A stretch of 24,000 bases of DNA, from positions 441,248-465,247 of the forward strand of contig NZ_KB891575.1 in NCBI RefSeq assembly GCF_000373485.1, read 5' to 3'. A program made the translations under genes and the position numbers. This document shows positions 9,930-18,604 of this stretch, piece after piece. Under the pieces are notes generated by a model, which saw only the letters and a list, made by a program, of their open reading frames with translations, made no database searches and was not told the origin of the DNA. The stretch comes from Dasania marina DSM 21967. Lineage in GTDB: Bacteria; Pseudomonadota; Gammaproteobacteria; Pseudomonadales; Dasaniaceae. Positions within the stretch are counted from its first letter, which is position 1, and every line of letters starts with the position of its first letter.

Positions 9930-11846
9930 ATGTTTGATGTAAACTCACTTTCGCAGCTCAAAGATCTCAAAAAACAAATTGAAGATTCCAAAGAATACGG
10001 CACCGGTATAGTCAAAGGGACCGAACGTCGATTTGGCTTTGTGGTGCTGGAGGATGAGCGCGAAATTTTTCTTGCCCCCGATGAAATGGATAAAGTATTC
10101 CCCGGCGACAAGGTCAAAATTCAAATACATAGCAATACTGAGGGCAAGGTTAGCGGTGAGCTAATGAAGGTGATTAGCACCCCGCTCAAAACATTTACTG
10201 GCCGCTATGTGGTTAAAGGCAAAGGCCATTTTGTCGAGCCCGACTTACCGCGCTTTAAACGCTGGATATTTATCCCCCCTGCGGCTCGCAACAAAGCTCA
10301 AAACGGCGACTATATACACTGCAACATCAGCCGCCACGCCTATCCCGATGCTAAGCCACAGGCCAAAGTACTCACAGTGATAGGCAACGATGCCAGCCCC
10401 GGCATAGAAGCGGAATACAGCCGCTACAAGTTTCAGTTAGAGCAAGTACTGCCCGACAACTGGCAGGATGACATCAAAGCGGTAGACCTAAGCCAGCGCC
10501 AAGATTTCAGCGCGCTTAATTTTGTCACCATAGACGCACCCAGTACCCAGGATATGGATGACGCGCTCTTTATAGAAGCCACCGAGCAAGGCTGGCAGCT
10601 TAGCGTCGCCATCGCCGATCCCGACGCCTTTATTAGCGAAAACTCAGCGGTAGACAAAGAAGCCCAGCGCCGCGCCAGCTCGATCTATATGCCCGGCCAC
10701 ACGATTACCATGCTGCCCGAACAACTGTCAGTAGAGCATTGCTCACTACACCCCGAACAAAACCGCGCCGCCTTAATTTGCCGTATGGATATAAGCAGCG
10801 AAGGTATCATCAGCGATTACCAGCTACTTGAAGCGACCATCTGCTCCAAGGCCAAGCTCAGCTATTACGAAGTCGCTAATCATCTCGATGGCCAAAGCAG
10901 CGAACACCCCCAAGCCGAGCTACTCACCTTGCTACAGCAAGCCAGTAGTGCCCTGTTGGCCCAACGCCAACTAGCCAACATAGTCGGCAGCGGCAGACCC
11001 GAGTTTCGCATACGCCTTAACGAGCAGGGCAAAATAGACAGCATAGAGCCCGGGGTAAAAACTAGCGCCCACTTATTAGTCGAAGAGTGCATGGTGGCCG
11101 CCAACAGCTGCGCCGCTAACTTTATGGATCAACAAGGCCTGTTTCACGGCCACGTAGGCTTTAGGCCCGAGCGCTTAGAAGGCGTGAGAAAATTAATAGA
11201 CGAGCAACTGGGCCTTAGCGATATAGACCTAGAAAGCGTCGCCGGTTATCGCCAGCTCAGCCACAGCATAGAAGACGACAAGCTAGACTTCCCCGTGCGC
11301 AGTGTCTTAAGCCGCATGCTAGAGCGCGGCCGCCTTTACACCGCGCCCACCCCGCACTTTGGCATGGGCATGGAGCGCTACACCACGTTCACCTCACCGA
11401 TACGCAAATACAGCGATCTGCTGGTGCACAGAATTATCAAAGCCAAACTAGCGGGTAAAACCCACACGGTAAAAGAGCAGGACTTAGTCGCTCTGCAAGA
11501 TAGCTTAGATAGAGCCAGGCAGGCGCGCTGGCAAATGGAGCAGTGGCTTAAGTGCCAATACTTGCAAGCCTTTAAAGGCCAAGAATTGGCCGGCACCGTC
11601 TGCCAAATTAACAGCAATGGCTTTACCGTGCGCTTGCAAAACAATGGCGTAGAAGGTGTAGTCGATACCCGCAAGCTGAAAGAGAAATACAGCTTTGACC
11701 CTCTGCGCCTACGCTTAAGCAGTAAAGATGTGGTGATAGAGTTGGACCAAGCGGTGACCATAACCATCGCCCAGCTAGACGTGAAGCAGCGCAGCATACA
11801 GTTTGCCTTAGTCAACAAGGCCGACGCTGAGCCTAGCGCCAGCTAA
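9930..11846 (+). CDS. rnb: Exoribonuclease II (RNB family 3'-5' exoribonuclease)
   Basis: 638 aa. The N-terminus 'LSQLKDLKKQI...GIVKGTERRFGFV' is collinear with remembered E. coli RNase II. The RNB catalytic region shows 'TIDAPSTQDMDDALF' and 'HFGMGMERYTTFTSPIRKYSDLLVHR'. There is a C-terminal S1-like domain. Confidence 0.9.
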   Translation: MFDVNSLSQLKDLKKQIEDSKEYGTGIVKGTERRFGFVVLEDEREIFLAPDEMDKVFPGDKVKIQIHSNTEGKVSGELMKVISTPLKTFTGRYVVKGKGHFVEPDLPRFKRWIFIPPAARNKAQNGDYIHCNISRHAYPDAKPQAKVLTVIGNDASPGIEAEYSRYKFQLEQVLPDNWQDDIKAVDLSQRQDFSALNFVTIDAPSTQDMDDALFIEATEQGWQLSVAIADPDAFISENSAVDKEAQRRASSIYMPGHTITMLPEQLSVEHCSLHPEQNRAALICRMDISSEGIISDYQLLEATICSKAKLSYYEVANHLDGQSSEHPQAELLTLLQQASSALLAQRQLANIVGSGRPEFRIRLNEQGKIDSIEPGVKTSAHLLVEECMVAANSCAANFMDQQGLFHGHVGFRPERLEGVRKLIDEQLGLSDIDLESVAGYRQLSHSIEDDKLDFPVRSVLSRMLERGRLYTAPTPHFGMGMERYTTFTSPIRKYSDLLVHRIIKAKLAGKTHTVKEQDLVALQDSLDRARQARWQMEQWLKCQYLQAFKGQELAGTVCQINSNGFTVRLQNNGVEGVVDTRKLKEKYSFDPLRLRLSSKDVVIELDQAVTITIAQLDVKQRSIQFALVNKADAEPSAS

Positions 11847-11864
11847 AACCCATGCTGCTCCCAT

Positions 11865-11898
11865 AAAAAAACGGCCGTTATTACACGGCCGTTTTTTT
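11865..11898. terminator. Bidirectional Rho-independent terminator between convergent rnb and the 11919-12503 gene
   Basis: AAAAAAACGGCCGT-TATTAC-ACGGCCGTTTTTTT. There is a perfect 8-bp GC-rich stem (11871-11878 with 11885-11892) and a 6-nt loop. An A7 tract lies upstream and a T7 tract downstream, so it reads as a terminator on both strands. Confidence 0.85.
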
Positions 11899-11918
11899 AT
11901 GCACTATACAATCAAGAC

Positions 11919-12503
11919 TTAGCCACGATTGGCTACTATCTTGGCGCGGCGCTCTAAGCGCTTGATGTGTAAATTCAAATCCATTTTGCAATGGCCGCAG
12001 GTGGTGGTGAAGGCTTGCTCATGGCCACAGCGCGGGCAACTAATGCTGTCACCGTCAGGCTTGGCGGCGGCGACCTTTGCGACAGGCGCTGGTTGAGACT
12101 CTTCCGTAACCTCAGGCGCCGGTGCTAACTCCGGCTCGGGTTCTGCAACAGGCTCGGCCACGGCTACAGGCGCTGCTGACGCAGGCTCATCCATAGTGGC
12201 TACGATGTCGGTAAATACCGGCTTAGCCGGGGCAGACTCTGTGACAGGCTCTGCGACGGGTTCAGCCTTGGCAGCGTTGGCTTTAATGACCGCATGGGCG
12301 CCCAGCTGCTGTAGGCGGGTACTTAGACGCACCGCCTGTTTTTTATCCAGGCCACGCTTTAAGGCCACCGGCTTACCGCCAAATAATTTATCCAGCTGCG
12401 CTGCACTCAATTTAAAAGCCGCCCCAACCTTAGACTTAACGTCGTCCAAAGACTCGCTGTTCAGCAATTTCCCGGTAAGAACAACACTGTATGTTTCTGA
12501 CAT
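11919..12503 (-). CDS. Hypothetical protein: small N-terminal domain, Pro/Ala/Glu/Val-rich linker, C-terminal zinc ribbon
   Basis: 194 aa with an AGGG SD 7 nt upstream. The N-terminus is 'YSVVLTGKLL...VKSKVGAAFKL...LDKLFGGKPVALKRGLDKKQA...LQQLGAHAVIK'. The linker is a repetitive 'AEPVAEPV...' stretch. The C-terminus 'CPRCGHEQAFTTTCGHCK' is a CxxC...CxxC motif. Confidence 0.6.
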   Translation of the reverse strand: MSETYSVVLTGKLLNSESLDDVKSKVGAAFKLSAAQLDKLFGGKPVALKRGLDKKQAVRLSTRLQQLGAHAVIKANAAKAEPVAEPVTESAPAKPVFTDIVATMDEPASAAPVAVAEPVAEPEPELAPAPEVTEESQPAPVAKVAAAKPDGDSISCPRCGHEQAFTTTCGHCKMDLNLHIKRLERRAKIVANRG

Positions 12504-12728
12504 TGGTAACCCTATCTTAGTATCGGCAGGTGCTAAGTGAAATATTTAAGCCTTATAAATCATCAAGTTAGGCTTAGAAAACTCTCGCGCCACCTCGTTA
12601 TTATACGTTTTTATAGCGATGGTAAAAATTATGATCACGAAATAATACCGACCATGAAAAAATTCGCAAGCACCACGTTAGCGATGCTTGTAGATAATAG
12701 TCTTGGAGGTGGTTGGCGAGCTGAATAG

Positions 12729-13031
12729 TTAGTGCCGTAGTAGCGGGGAATGAAGATAATGTTGTGCTAGCAGTATCAAGCGCTGCTGCTCGAATGTCTC
12801 CTTCACTTGGGCAACCACAACTATCATCTCATGTACGTCCATCGCACGTAGATATTCGCTAATATCCCTGCGGCTAGCGTGCTCCAATGAAGGTTCCCTA
12901 TGCTGCACAATATCCAGCAATAACTGGCCGGACTCATCCAATTCGGTATCGGCGTCAAAAATTAACCGTGTAAACATATCGACTATGGCCATCTCACTGA
13001 TGCAACCATTTTCATCTAACTGTGTAAGCAT
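12729..13031 (-). CDS. Hypothetical small acidic protein
   Basis: 100-aa ORF with a G-rich SD-like run just upstream of the ATG. It is divergent from the REC-REC-GGDEF gene. I recognise no motif. Confidence 0.4.
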   Translation of the reverse strand: MLTQLDENGCISEMAIVDMFTRLIFDADTELDESGQLLLDIVQHREPSLEHASRRDISEYLRAMDVHEMIVVVAQVKETFEQQRLILLAQHYLHSPLLRH

Positions 13032-13106
13032 ACGCCCCCCGCGTATTATTGCTCTGCACCCGCCTAACTCAAGGGCTCACCTATTAGTATGGTTAATATA
13101 TTACTG

Positions 13107-13138
13107 ATTGCACAAAATATACCCAAATTTTTTGCAAT
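13107..13138. promoter_or_regulatory. Imperfect inverted repeat (candidate operator) in the divergent intergenic region
   Basis: ATTGCACAAAA-N10-TTTTTTGCAAT, with 10 of 11 positions complementary. It lies in the AT-rich 482-bp gap between 13031 and 13514. Confidence 0.2.
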
Positions 13139-13513
13139 ACGATCGTGTATTTGGTGATAAATAACCCATACGCTTACAACGACTAAGACTTAGGGATATG
13201 CATAGCAGCCTCAGGGCCGGCACAGGCTATAGCCTAAATCTAGCCATTAACCCCACTAACAGGCTCAACCTACATCTTGAATCTAGCTTGAGCATATTTC
13301 ACTGACCATACTATTTTTACTGCCCTTGCGGTTTTTTGTGCGTGCATATATCCATTTATAATGGTTCAATTCTCTTTACCGCTCATACTATAAAACACAT
13401 AAACTCACATTAGCGGCATTAGTAAAAACCCTCAGCATATGCTTGACTGTATGAATAAAGCAGCTCCCACAAAACGCATATAGCTATTGTTTACCTAGGT
13501 ATTATAAAAAAAA

Positions 13514-14776
13514 ATGAAAAAGATTTTAATTGTTGAAGACAGCACCACGGTCACCAAAATATTACGCCATCTGGTCAATCAACAGCCCGATATCGAAGCA
13601 TTTTTTGCCGGCAGCCTCGCGGAGAGTGAAGAAGTATACCAAGCCCATAAAGACGAAATTTTTGCCGCCGTCGTCGACCTCAATTTGCCTGATGCTCCCG
13701 ATGGCGAAAGCGTCGATCACTTTCTTGCCAAAAAAATCCCCGTTATAGTATTAAGCGCCAACTACAAAGAAGAAACCCGTAGCGCCCTACTAGACAAAGG
13801 CATCGTTGACTACGTCATTAAAGAGAGCCGCTACTCTTACAACTATGTATTTAAACTGGTGCGCAGGCTAGATAAAAACCAACATATTAAAGTGTTAGTC
13901 GTTGAGGATTCTAGGCCTACCCGCGCCTTTATACGGCTATTATTGCAAAGGCATTTATACCAAGTATTAGAAGCCACTAACGGCCTAGAAGCACTGGATG
14001 TACTCAAAGACAACACCGACATTAAGATGCTGATCACCGATTATCATATGCCAGAGATGGACGGCTTCGCCCTAGTTAAGGCCCTGCGTCAAAACGTTGA
14101 TAAATCCGATCTAATTATTATTGGGCTGTCCGGTGAAGGTGAGAGTTCGCTATCCGCCAAATTCATTAAAAATGGTGCCAATGACTTTTTGCAAAAACCC
14201 TTTTTTCACGAAGAGTTTCATTGCCGCATCATGCACAATATTGAAAACCTAGAATTACTAGAAAGCATACAAGACGCAGCCAATCGTGACTATTTAACTA
14301 ATCTGCACAATCGTCGTTATTTTTACAGCAAAGGAGAAGCGCAATACCAACTAGCGGTTAAAAATGGATCCCCCATAGCCGTTGCTATTTTCGATATCGA
14401 TAAGTTTAAAAAAATAAATGATAACTATGGTCATAAAATTGGCGATCAAGTACTACGGTTTTTAGCCGATGAAATACGCCATAACCTGTTGCACTTCCTA
14501 GTAGCACGTATGGGTGGCGAGCAGTTCTGCGCTATCTTCCCCAACCTAAAGAATGAACAAGCCATGACCTTAATGGATAGGCTAAGAAGTATAGTTAGCG
14601 ACACCAGCATCCCCATAGAACACGAGGACCAAGACATAGACATCACCATTAGTGTAGGTGTGACTAACTATGTGCACGACAGCCTAGAGCAACAAATTAA
14701 TTACGCCAGTGAATTACTATCACATGCTAAAGAGGCTGGTAGAAACATCGTTGTGGGTGATGATGACGAGCTATAA
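13514..14776 (+). CDS. Response regulator with two receiver domains and a GGDEF domain (PleD-like architecture; signature reads GGEQF)
   Basis: 420 aa. REC1 shows 'ILIVEDS...AAVVDLNLPD'. REC2 shows 'VLVVEDS...MLITDYHMPEMDG'. The GGDEF domain shows 'RDYLTNLHNRRYF', 'FDIDKFKKINDNYGH', 'RMGGEQFCAIF' and 'AKEAGRN'. Confidence 0.92.
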   Translation: MKKILIVEDSTTVTKILRHLVNQQPDIEAFFAGSLAESEEVYQAHKDEIFAAVVDLNLPDAPDGESVDHFLAKKIPVIVLSANYKEETRSALLDKGIVDYVIKESRYSYNYVFKLVRRLDKNQHIKVLVVEDSRPTRAFIRLLLQRHLYQVLEATNGLEALDVLKDNTDIKMLITDYHMPEMDGFALVKALRQNVDKSDLIIIGLSGEGESSLSAKFIKNGANDFLQKPFFHEEFHCRIMHNIENLELLESIQDAANRDYLTNLHNRRYFYSKGEAQYQLAVKNGSPIAVAIFDIDKFKKINDNYGHKIGDQVLRFLADEIRHNLLHFLVARMGGEQFCAIFPNLKNEQAMTLMDRLRSIVSDTSIPIEHEDQDIDITISVGVTNYVHDSLEQQINYASELLSHAKEAGRNIVVGDDDEL

Positions 14777-14788
14777 GCTCGTCATCAT
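14760..14788. terminator. Perfect 13-bp stem / 3-nt loop hairpin spanning the GGDEF gene stop codon (putative terminator or RNA-stabilising element; no U-tract)
   Basis: ATGATGACGAGCT-ATA-AGCTCGTCATCAT. The 12-bp palindrome CGGCTGCAGCCG follows at 14792-14803. Together they fill the 27-bp gap between the convergent stops at 14776 and 14804. Confidence 0.35.
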
Positions 14789-14803
14789 AAACGGCTGCAG
14801 CCG

Positions 14804-15925
14804 CTAAAAAACCTGCTTAAAGTCATTTTTGATACTAATAACTAACCACTTTTTTTCTAACGCCAAGGCCTGTATCTGTTCGGCACCTTTGTTATAACGG
14901 TATTCCCGAACGGCATCATCATGCTTAACTAGCATTAGCAAAGACTTGCTTTTGCCACTAGCTACGTAGTTAAGCATGGCAATATCATTATCATCGTTGC
15001 CTACGGCTATTACCGGCCGCCGCCCTATATGGCGTTCTATGTTGACCGGCTTGCCCTCATCATTATTAATAGGCGCAACAAATTCATTACCACGTATCAA
15101 CTCACTGCTGCTAGCTCGCCACATTAACATAGCGCTGGAGCCTATAACGTTTTCTACCGGTATATTAAACAAGGTCTGCGATAAAGCGCGCATAAACTGG
15201 GTATCACTACTATCCACCAAATACACTTGGTACTGATGCGCTTGCAAGTAGCGTATTAACGCCTGCATAGGCTGATACGCCAAGGCTAAATAATTTTTTT
15301 TATACTCGGGATGCTTGGCCTGCTTAAAAAAATGCTGCACATAATAATCATAGGCGGTTTGTGCTTGACCTTCATGAGCCTTTAATAACATTAGATATAA
15401 AGTGGAATAATTAAGTCTTTGCAAATAGCCTTCATCCCCTCTGGCTACCGACTTCCAAGGCTGTTTAGACTTTAACGAGGGCTGGCGCTGTAACTGTTTG
15501 ATCAATTCTTTATGGATAAAAGCCATCATCGCTTTTTGCGGCCGCTCAACCCATAAGCTGCCATCCAAATCAAACACCGCCACCCTCTCAGCTACGGGTA
15601 AATAATGTTTGCCGCCTAGCTGTATCGATTGCTGCACAAAATGCTCTATCGCTTGTTTAATCGCGCCCGCTTGCCAACTGTTTAACATCGCCACAGTGTG
15701 CTGAGCGGGTACCGATGACTGTGGCGCAGCTTCAGCCACAGTGGTATTTTGCTCACTATTATCCGTCAATTGTTGCTGCGGTGGTTGCTGTATCGGTGTA
15801 CAAGCCAGTAACAGATTTACCCCTAGCCACAAGCATAGCCAGCGAGGTAAATAACACGCAAAATTGGGGCTAGCTTTTTTCACCCTTGACCACCTTATAA
15901 GTTTAACGTTTACTGATTTAACCAT
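14804..15925 (-). CDS. HAD-superfamily hydrolase (HAD-IB/phosphatase-like), probable lipoprotein
   Basis: HAD motif I 'VAVFDLDGSLW' and motif IV 'VGNDDNDIAML'. The N-terminus carries a lipobox 'LLLAC' after a hydrophobic stretch. The true start may be the internal GTG near 15883 (VKKASPNF...). Confidence 0.8.
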   Translation of the reverse strand: MVKSVNVKLIRWSRVKKASPNFACYLPRWLCLWLGVNLLLACTPIQQPPQQQLTDNSEQNTTVAEAAPQSSVPAQHTVAMLNSWQAGAIKQAIEHFVQQSIQLGGKHYLPVAERVAVFDLDGSLWVERPQKAMMAFIHKELIKQLQRQPSLKSKQPWKSVARGDEGYLQRLNYSTLYLMLLKAHEGQAQTAYDYYVQHFFKQAKHPEYKKNYLALAYQPMQALIRYLQAHQYQVYLVDSSDTQFMRALSQTLFNIPVENVIGSSAMLMWRASSSELIRGNEFVAPINNDEGKPVNIERHIGRRPVIAVGNDDNDIAMLNYVASGKSKSLLMLVKHDDAVREYRYNKGAEQIQALALEKKWLVISIKNDFKQVF

Positions 15926-15940
15926 TAGCTAGTGTAGCAA

Positions 15941-16735
15941 TTGCAGATTAATAAAACGCTTATGATAACAGCTCTTTCCAGCACAGAATTTAGTCACCGT
16001 TTAGTGGCCCATCGCGGCTGGCCCCAGCGCTACCCTGAGAATAGCTATGCCGGTATTAAAGCGGCCTTAGAGCTAGGCCTGCAACATATAGAAATCGATG
16101 TCCATCTCAGCGCCGATCTGGTGCCCGTGGTATGCCACGACCACCATTTAATACGGTTGTGCGGGCAAGACAACGATGTGCGCTTAACCACCCTAGAACA
16201 ACTACAAGCCTTTAGCTTTCACGAACCTGGGCGCCTTGGCCCGCAGCATTACCCTACCAAGCTAATGACCTTGGCCGATTGCGCAACCTTAATAGCCCAA
16301 TACCCCAGCGCAACCTTGTATGTAGAAATAAAACGTAAAAGCCTTTACCACTTTGGCCGCAGCACGGTATTACAGGCGATAGACCTAGCCTTAAAACCCA
16401 TACAGCAGCAAAGCGCGTTAATCAGTTTTGATATAGCCGTTTTGCAACTCGCCCAGCGCCAGCAATTAGGCTATCCCTTAATACCGGTGCTACTCAATAC
16501 CCAGCAGTGGTATGACAAGGATATTAAACAACTGCAACCACCCTACGTGTTTTGTGACGATGATGATTTAGACCCTGCGCAAAACCTGCACGCCATACCC
16601 TATCCCGCAGTGGTGTATGAGATAGCCGATTACGAAAAAGCCATGGCACTACTGGCACGAGGGGCGCTACGCATAGAAAGTTTTTGCTGTGGTGAATTAA
16701 TCGCTGCCCATGCAGCACATGTCGCCAGTACTTAA
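15941..16735 (+). CDS. Glycerophosphodiester phosphodiesterase (GDPD family, cytoplasmic UgpQ-like)
   Basis: 'VAHRGWPQRYPENSYAGIKAALELGLQHIEIDVHLSADLVPVVCHD' is the GDPD catalytic signature (HR...EN...E.D...HD). The track start is TTG at 15941. An ATG at 15962 is an alternative. Confidence 0.87.
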   Translation: MQINKTLMITALSSTEFSHRLVAHRGWPQRYPENSYAGIKAALELGLQHIEIDVHLSADLVPVVCHDHHLIRLCGQDNDVRLTTLEQLQAFSFHEPGRLGPQHYPTKLMTLADCATLIAQYPSATLYVEIKRKSLYHFGRSTVLQAIDLALKPIQQQSALISFDIAVLQLAQRQQLGYPLIPVLLNTQQWYDKDIKQLQPPYVFCDDDDLDPAQNLHAIPYPAVVYEIADYEKAMALLARGALRIESFCCGELIAAHAAHVAST

Positions 16736-18171
16736 TGCTGTAAACGCTGCAGCAAAGCCGTGCGCCATTGCTGATAGCGCTGCAATAACACGCGATTATC
16801 CTGCGGCGTAAATACCCGTTCTATCGTATGCGGCCACTGGGCAGGCTTGCCCGCCAACAAAAAAGCCGCGCCTCTGGCACTGGCCTCCACCATAGTACTG
16901 CGTTCAACCCTAAGGCCGCTGACATCACTAAGTCGCTGGCACAGGGCATCACTGCGGGATAGGCCACCACTAACCGTAATAAACGATAAGTGCTTATTTT
17001 CACTGCTGATGCATTCTATATTGCGCTGCAATAAAAACACGATGCTTTCGGCAACCGCGGCCAAACACAGAGTCTTATTGGCCAGCTCATCATGGATAAA
17101 CTCTGCGGCTATATCACTGCGCCAATCAGGGGAACCCAGCCCACTAATCGTATTAATAAACAGCGACATATTTTCAGGCTGGTTATCGGCTAAGTGCAAA
17201 CAGGCATCCAGGGGCAGGGCAACATCTTTCACATCGGTTTGCTGGGCCACCGACTGCAGTGCCACCCCAGCACCGTTAACGGTACCTTCCAAACAATAAT
17301 ATGCCTGACTAGACCAATGCACGATGCTATTAAGCAGACCATTGCGACAAGCGGTGTTAGCAACTGGGTTTAATAAAAACGCACCCGTGCCCATATTGAT
17401 ACTCAGTTGCTGCGGCTGTAACTCGCCCTGGGCAAAAGCCGCCGCGCATTGATCGCCGGTGAGTAATTTCATCGGCAGGCTAAGATCACCCAATTCTAAC
17501 TGGCCTATAGTTGCATCACTGACTACTAGGCTAGGTAAATAATCAAGACTTAACCCCCATAACGCCAACATCTGTGGGCACCACTGCCCCGTCGCCACAT
17601 CCAATAATAAGGTACGGCTGGCATTGCCTCTGTCCACCACTAGCGGTTTATTCGCCAATAAGCCATAAGCTAAATAACAGGCCAGCGGTGCCAACAGCAA
17701 CTGCTTTTGTTGGGCGGCGGTTTTTACCGCGGCATTATGTTGCAACAGCCAGCACATTTTGCTGGCAGAGAAATGGCCATTGGCCATTAAGCCGGTGCGC
17801 TCATAAATGTGCTGTACATCATCCGCACTGCTGGGCACATGCTCGGCGGCACGGGTATCCTGCCAACTCAATACCGGGCTAAGCAGCTCACCGTTAACGG
17901 GATTAAAAGCTATTAAACTGGAACGCTGGGTGACTAAACCACAGGCGGTTAATGCCGCGCGTTGCGACGCGCTTAATTGCGCCACCACCGCATGGGCACA
18001 GCTACGCAGGCTAGCCACTAGCTGCGCCGCATCTTGCTCTACACGGCTGCCCTGCCGCTGCTCAGTAACCGCTAACTGACTTTGCGCCACACACTGGCCC
18101 TGACGATCAAACACCATAGCCCGGCTGGAGCTGCCGCCTTGGTCTAAACATAAATACAATGCATCATTCAT
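16732..18171 (-). CDS. FGGY-family carbohydrate kinase (divergent, glycerol kinase-like)
   Basis: 479 aa. The N-terminus 'LCLDQGGSSSRAMVFD' matches the 'LDQGTTSSR' pattern of GlpK-type kinases. Also seen are 'QRSSLIAFN', 'NASRTLL', 'GDQCAAAF', and 'SGGLSRSDALCQRLSDVSG' in the C-terminal FGGY domain. Confidence 0.85.
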   Translation of the reverse strand: MNDALYLCLDQGGSSSRAMVFDRQGQCVAQSQLAVTEQRQGSRVEQDAAQLVASLRSCAHAVVAQLSASQRAALTACGLVTQRSSLIAFNPVNGELLSPVLSWQDTRAAEHVPSSADDVQHIYERTGLMANGHFSASKMCWLLQHNAAVKTAAQQKQLLLAPLACYLAYGLLANKPLVVDRGNASRTLLLDVATGQWCPQMLALWGLSLDYLPSLVVSDATIGQLELGDLSLPMKLLTGDQCAAAFAQGELQPQQLSINMGTGAFLLNPVANTACRNGLLNSIVHWSSQAYYCLEGTVNGAGVALQSVAQQTDVKDVALPLDACLHLADNQPENMSLFINTISGLGSPDWRSDIAAEFIHDELANKTLCLAAVAESIVFLLQRNIECISSENKHLSFITVSGGLSRSDALCQRLSDVSGLRVERSTMVEASARGAAFLLAGKPAQWPHTIERVFTPQDNRVLLQRYQQWRTALLQRLQH

Positions 18172-18258
18172 CGTTTTACTATAGCCAGCAATTGCTAGAG
18201 AGGAAAATCCTGCAGCAATGTTATAAGCTTGCGCTAGTCATACACACAAGAGGTTAAG

Positions 18259-18600
18259 ATGGACTGTTTATTTTGCGCCATTAACAATAAAGAGATACCC
18301 GCTGACATCATCTATGAAGATGAGCGCGTTACCGTTTTTAAAGACATACAGGCTCAAGCGCCACTGCATATGCTCACCATACCAAAAAAACATATCAGCA
18401 CCATTAATGATATGGGCGAGGACGATAAAGACTTGCTGGGCCATATGATTTACACCGCCAAAACGGTGGCCGCGCAACAAGGCTATGAGCAAGACGGTTA
18501 CCGTTTGGTGATGAACTGCAATGAACAGGGCGGCCAAACTGTATACCACATACATCTGCATATGTTGGCCGGACGACAAATGACCTGGCCGCCCGGTTAA
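18259..18600 (+). CDS. Histidine triad (HIT) nucleotide-binding protein, HinT-like
   Basis: 113 aa. 'CLFCAI......IIYEDE....FKDI.PQAP.H.L.IPKKHI' and the histidine triad 'HIHLHMLAG'. Confidence 0.92.
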   Translation: MDCLFCAINNKEIPADIIYEDERVTVFKDIQAQAPLHMLTIPKKHISTINDMGEDDKDLLGHMIYTAKTVAAQQGYEQDGYRLVMNCNEQGGQTVYHIHLHMLAGRQMTWPPG

Positions 18601-18604
18601 GCCC

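Noticed and set aside
12537-12728. A 63-aa plus-strand ORF between the two minus-strand hypothetical genes.
   Set aside because: It is an AT-rich segment with an implausible sequence and no SD. It is more likely the promoter or leader region of the 11919-12503 gene.
16821-18079. Plus- and minus-strand alternative ORFs within the FGGY kinase gene (16821-17003, 16847-17299, 17574-17882, 17807-18079).
   Set aside because: They are shadow ORFs inside a 479-aa gene with clear FGGY motifs, and they have no independent support.
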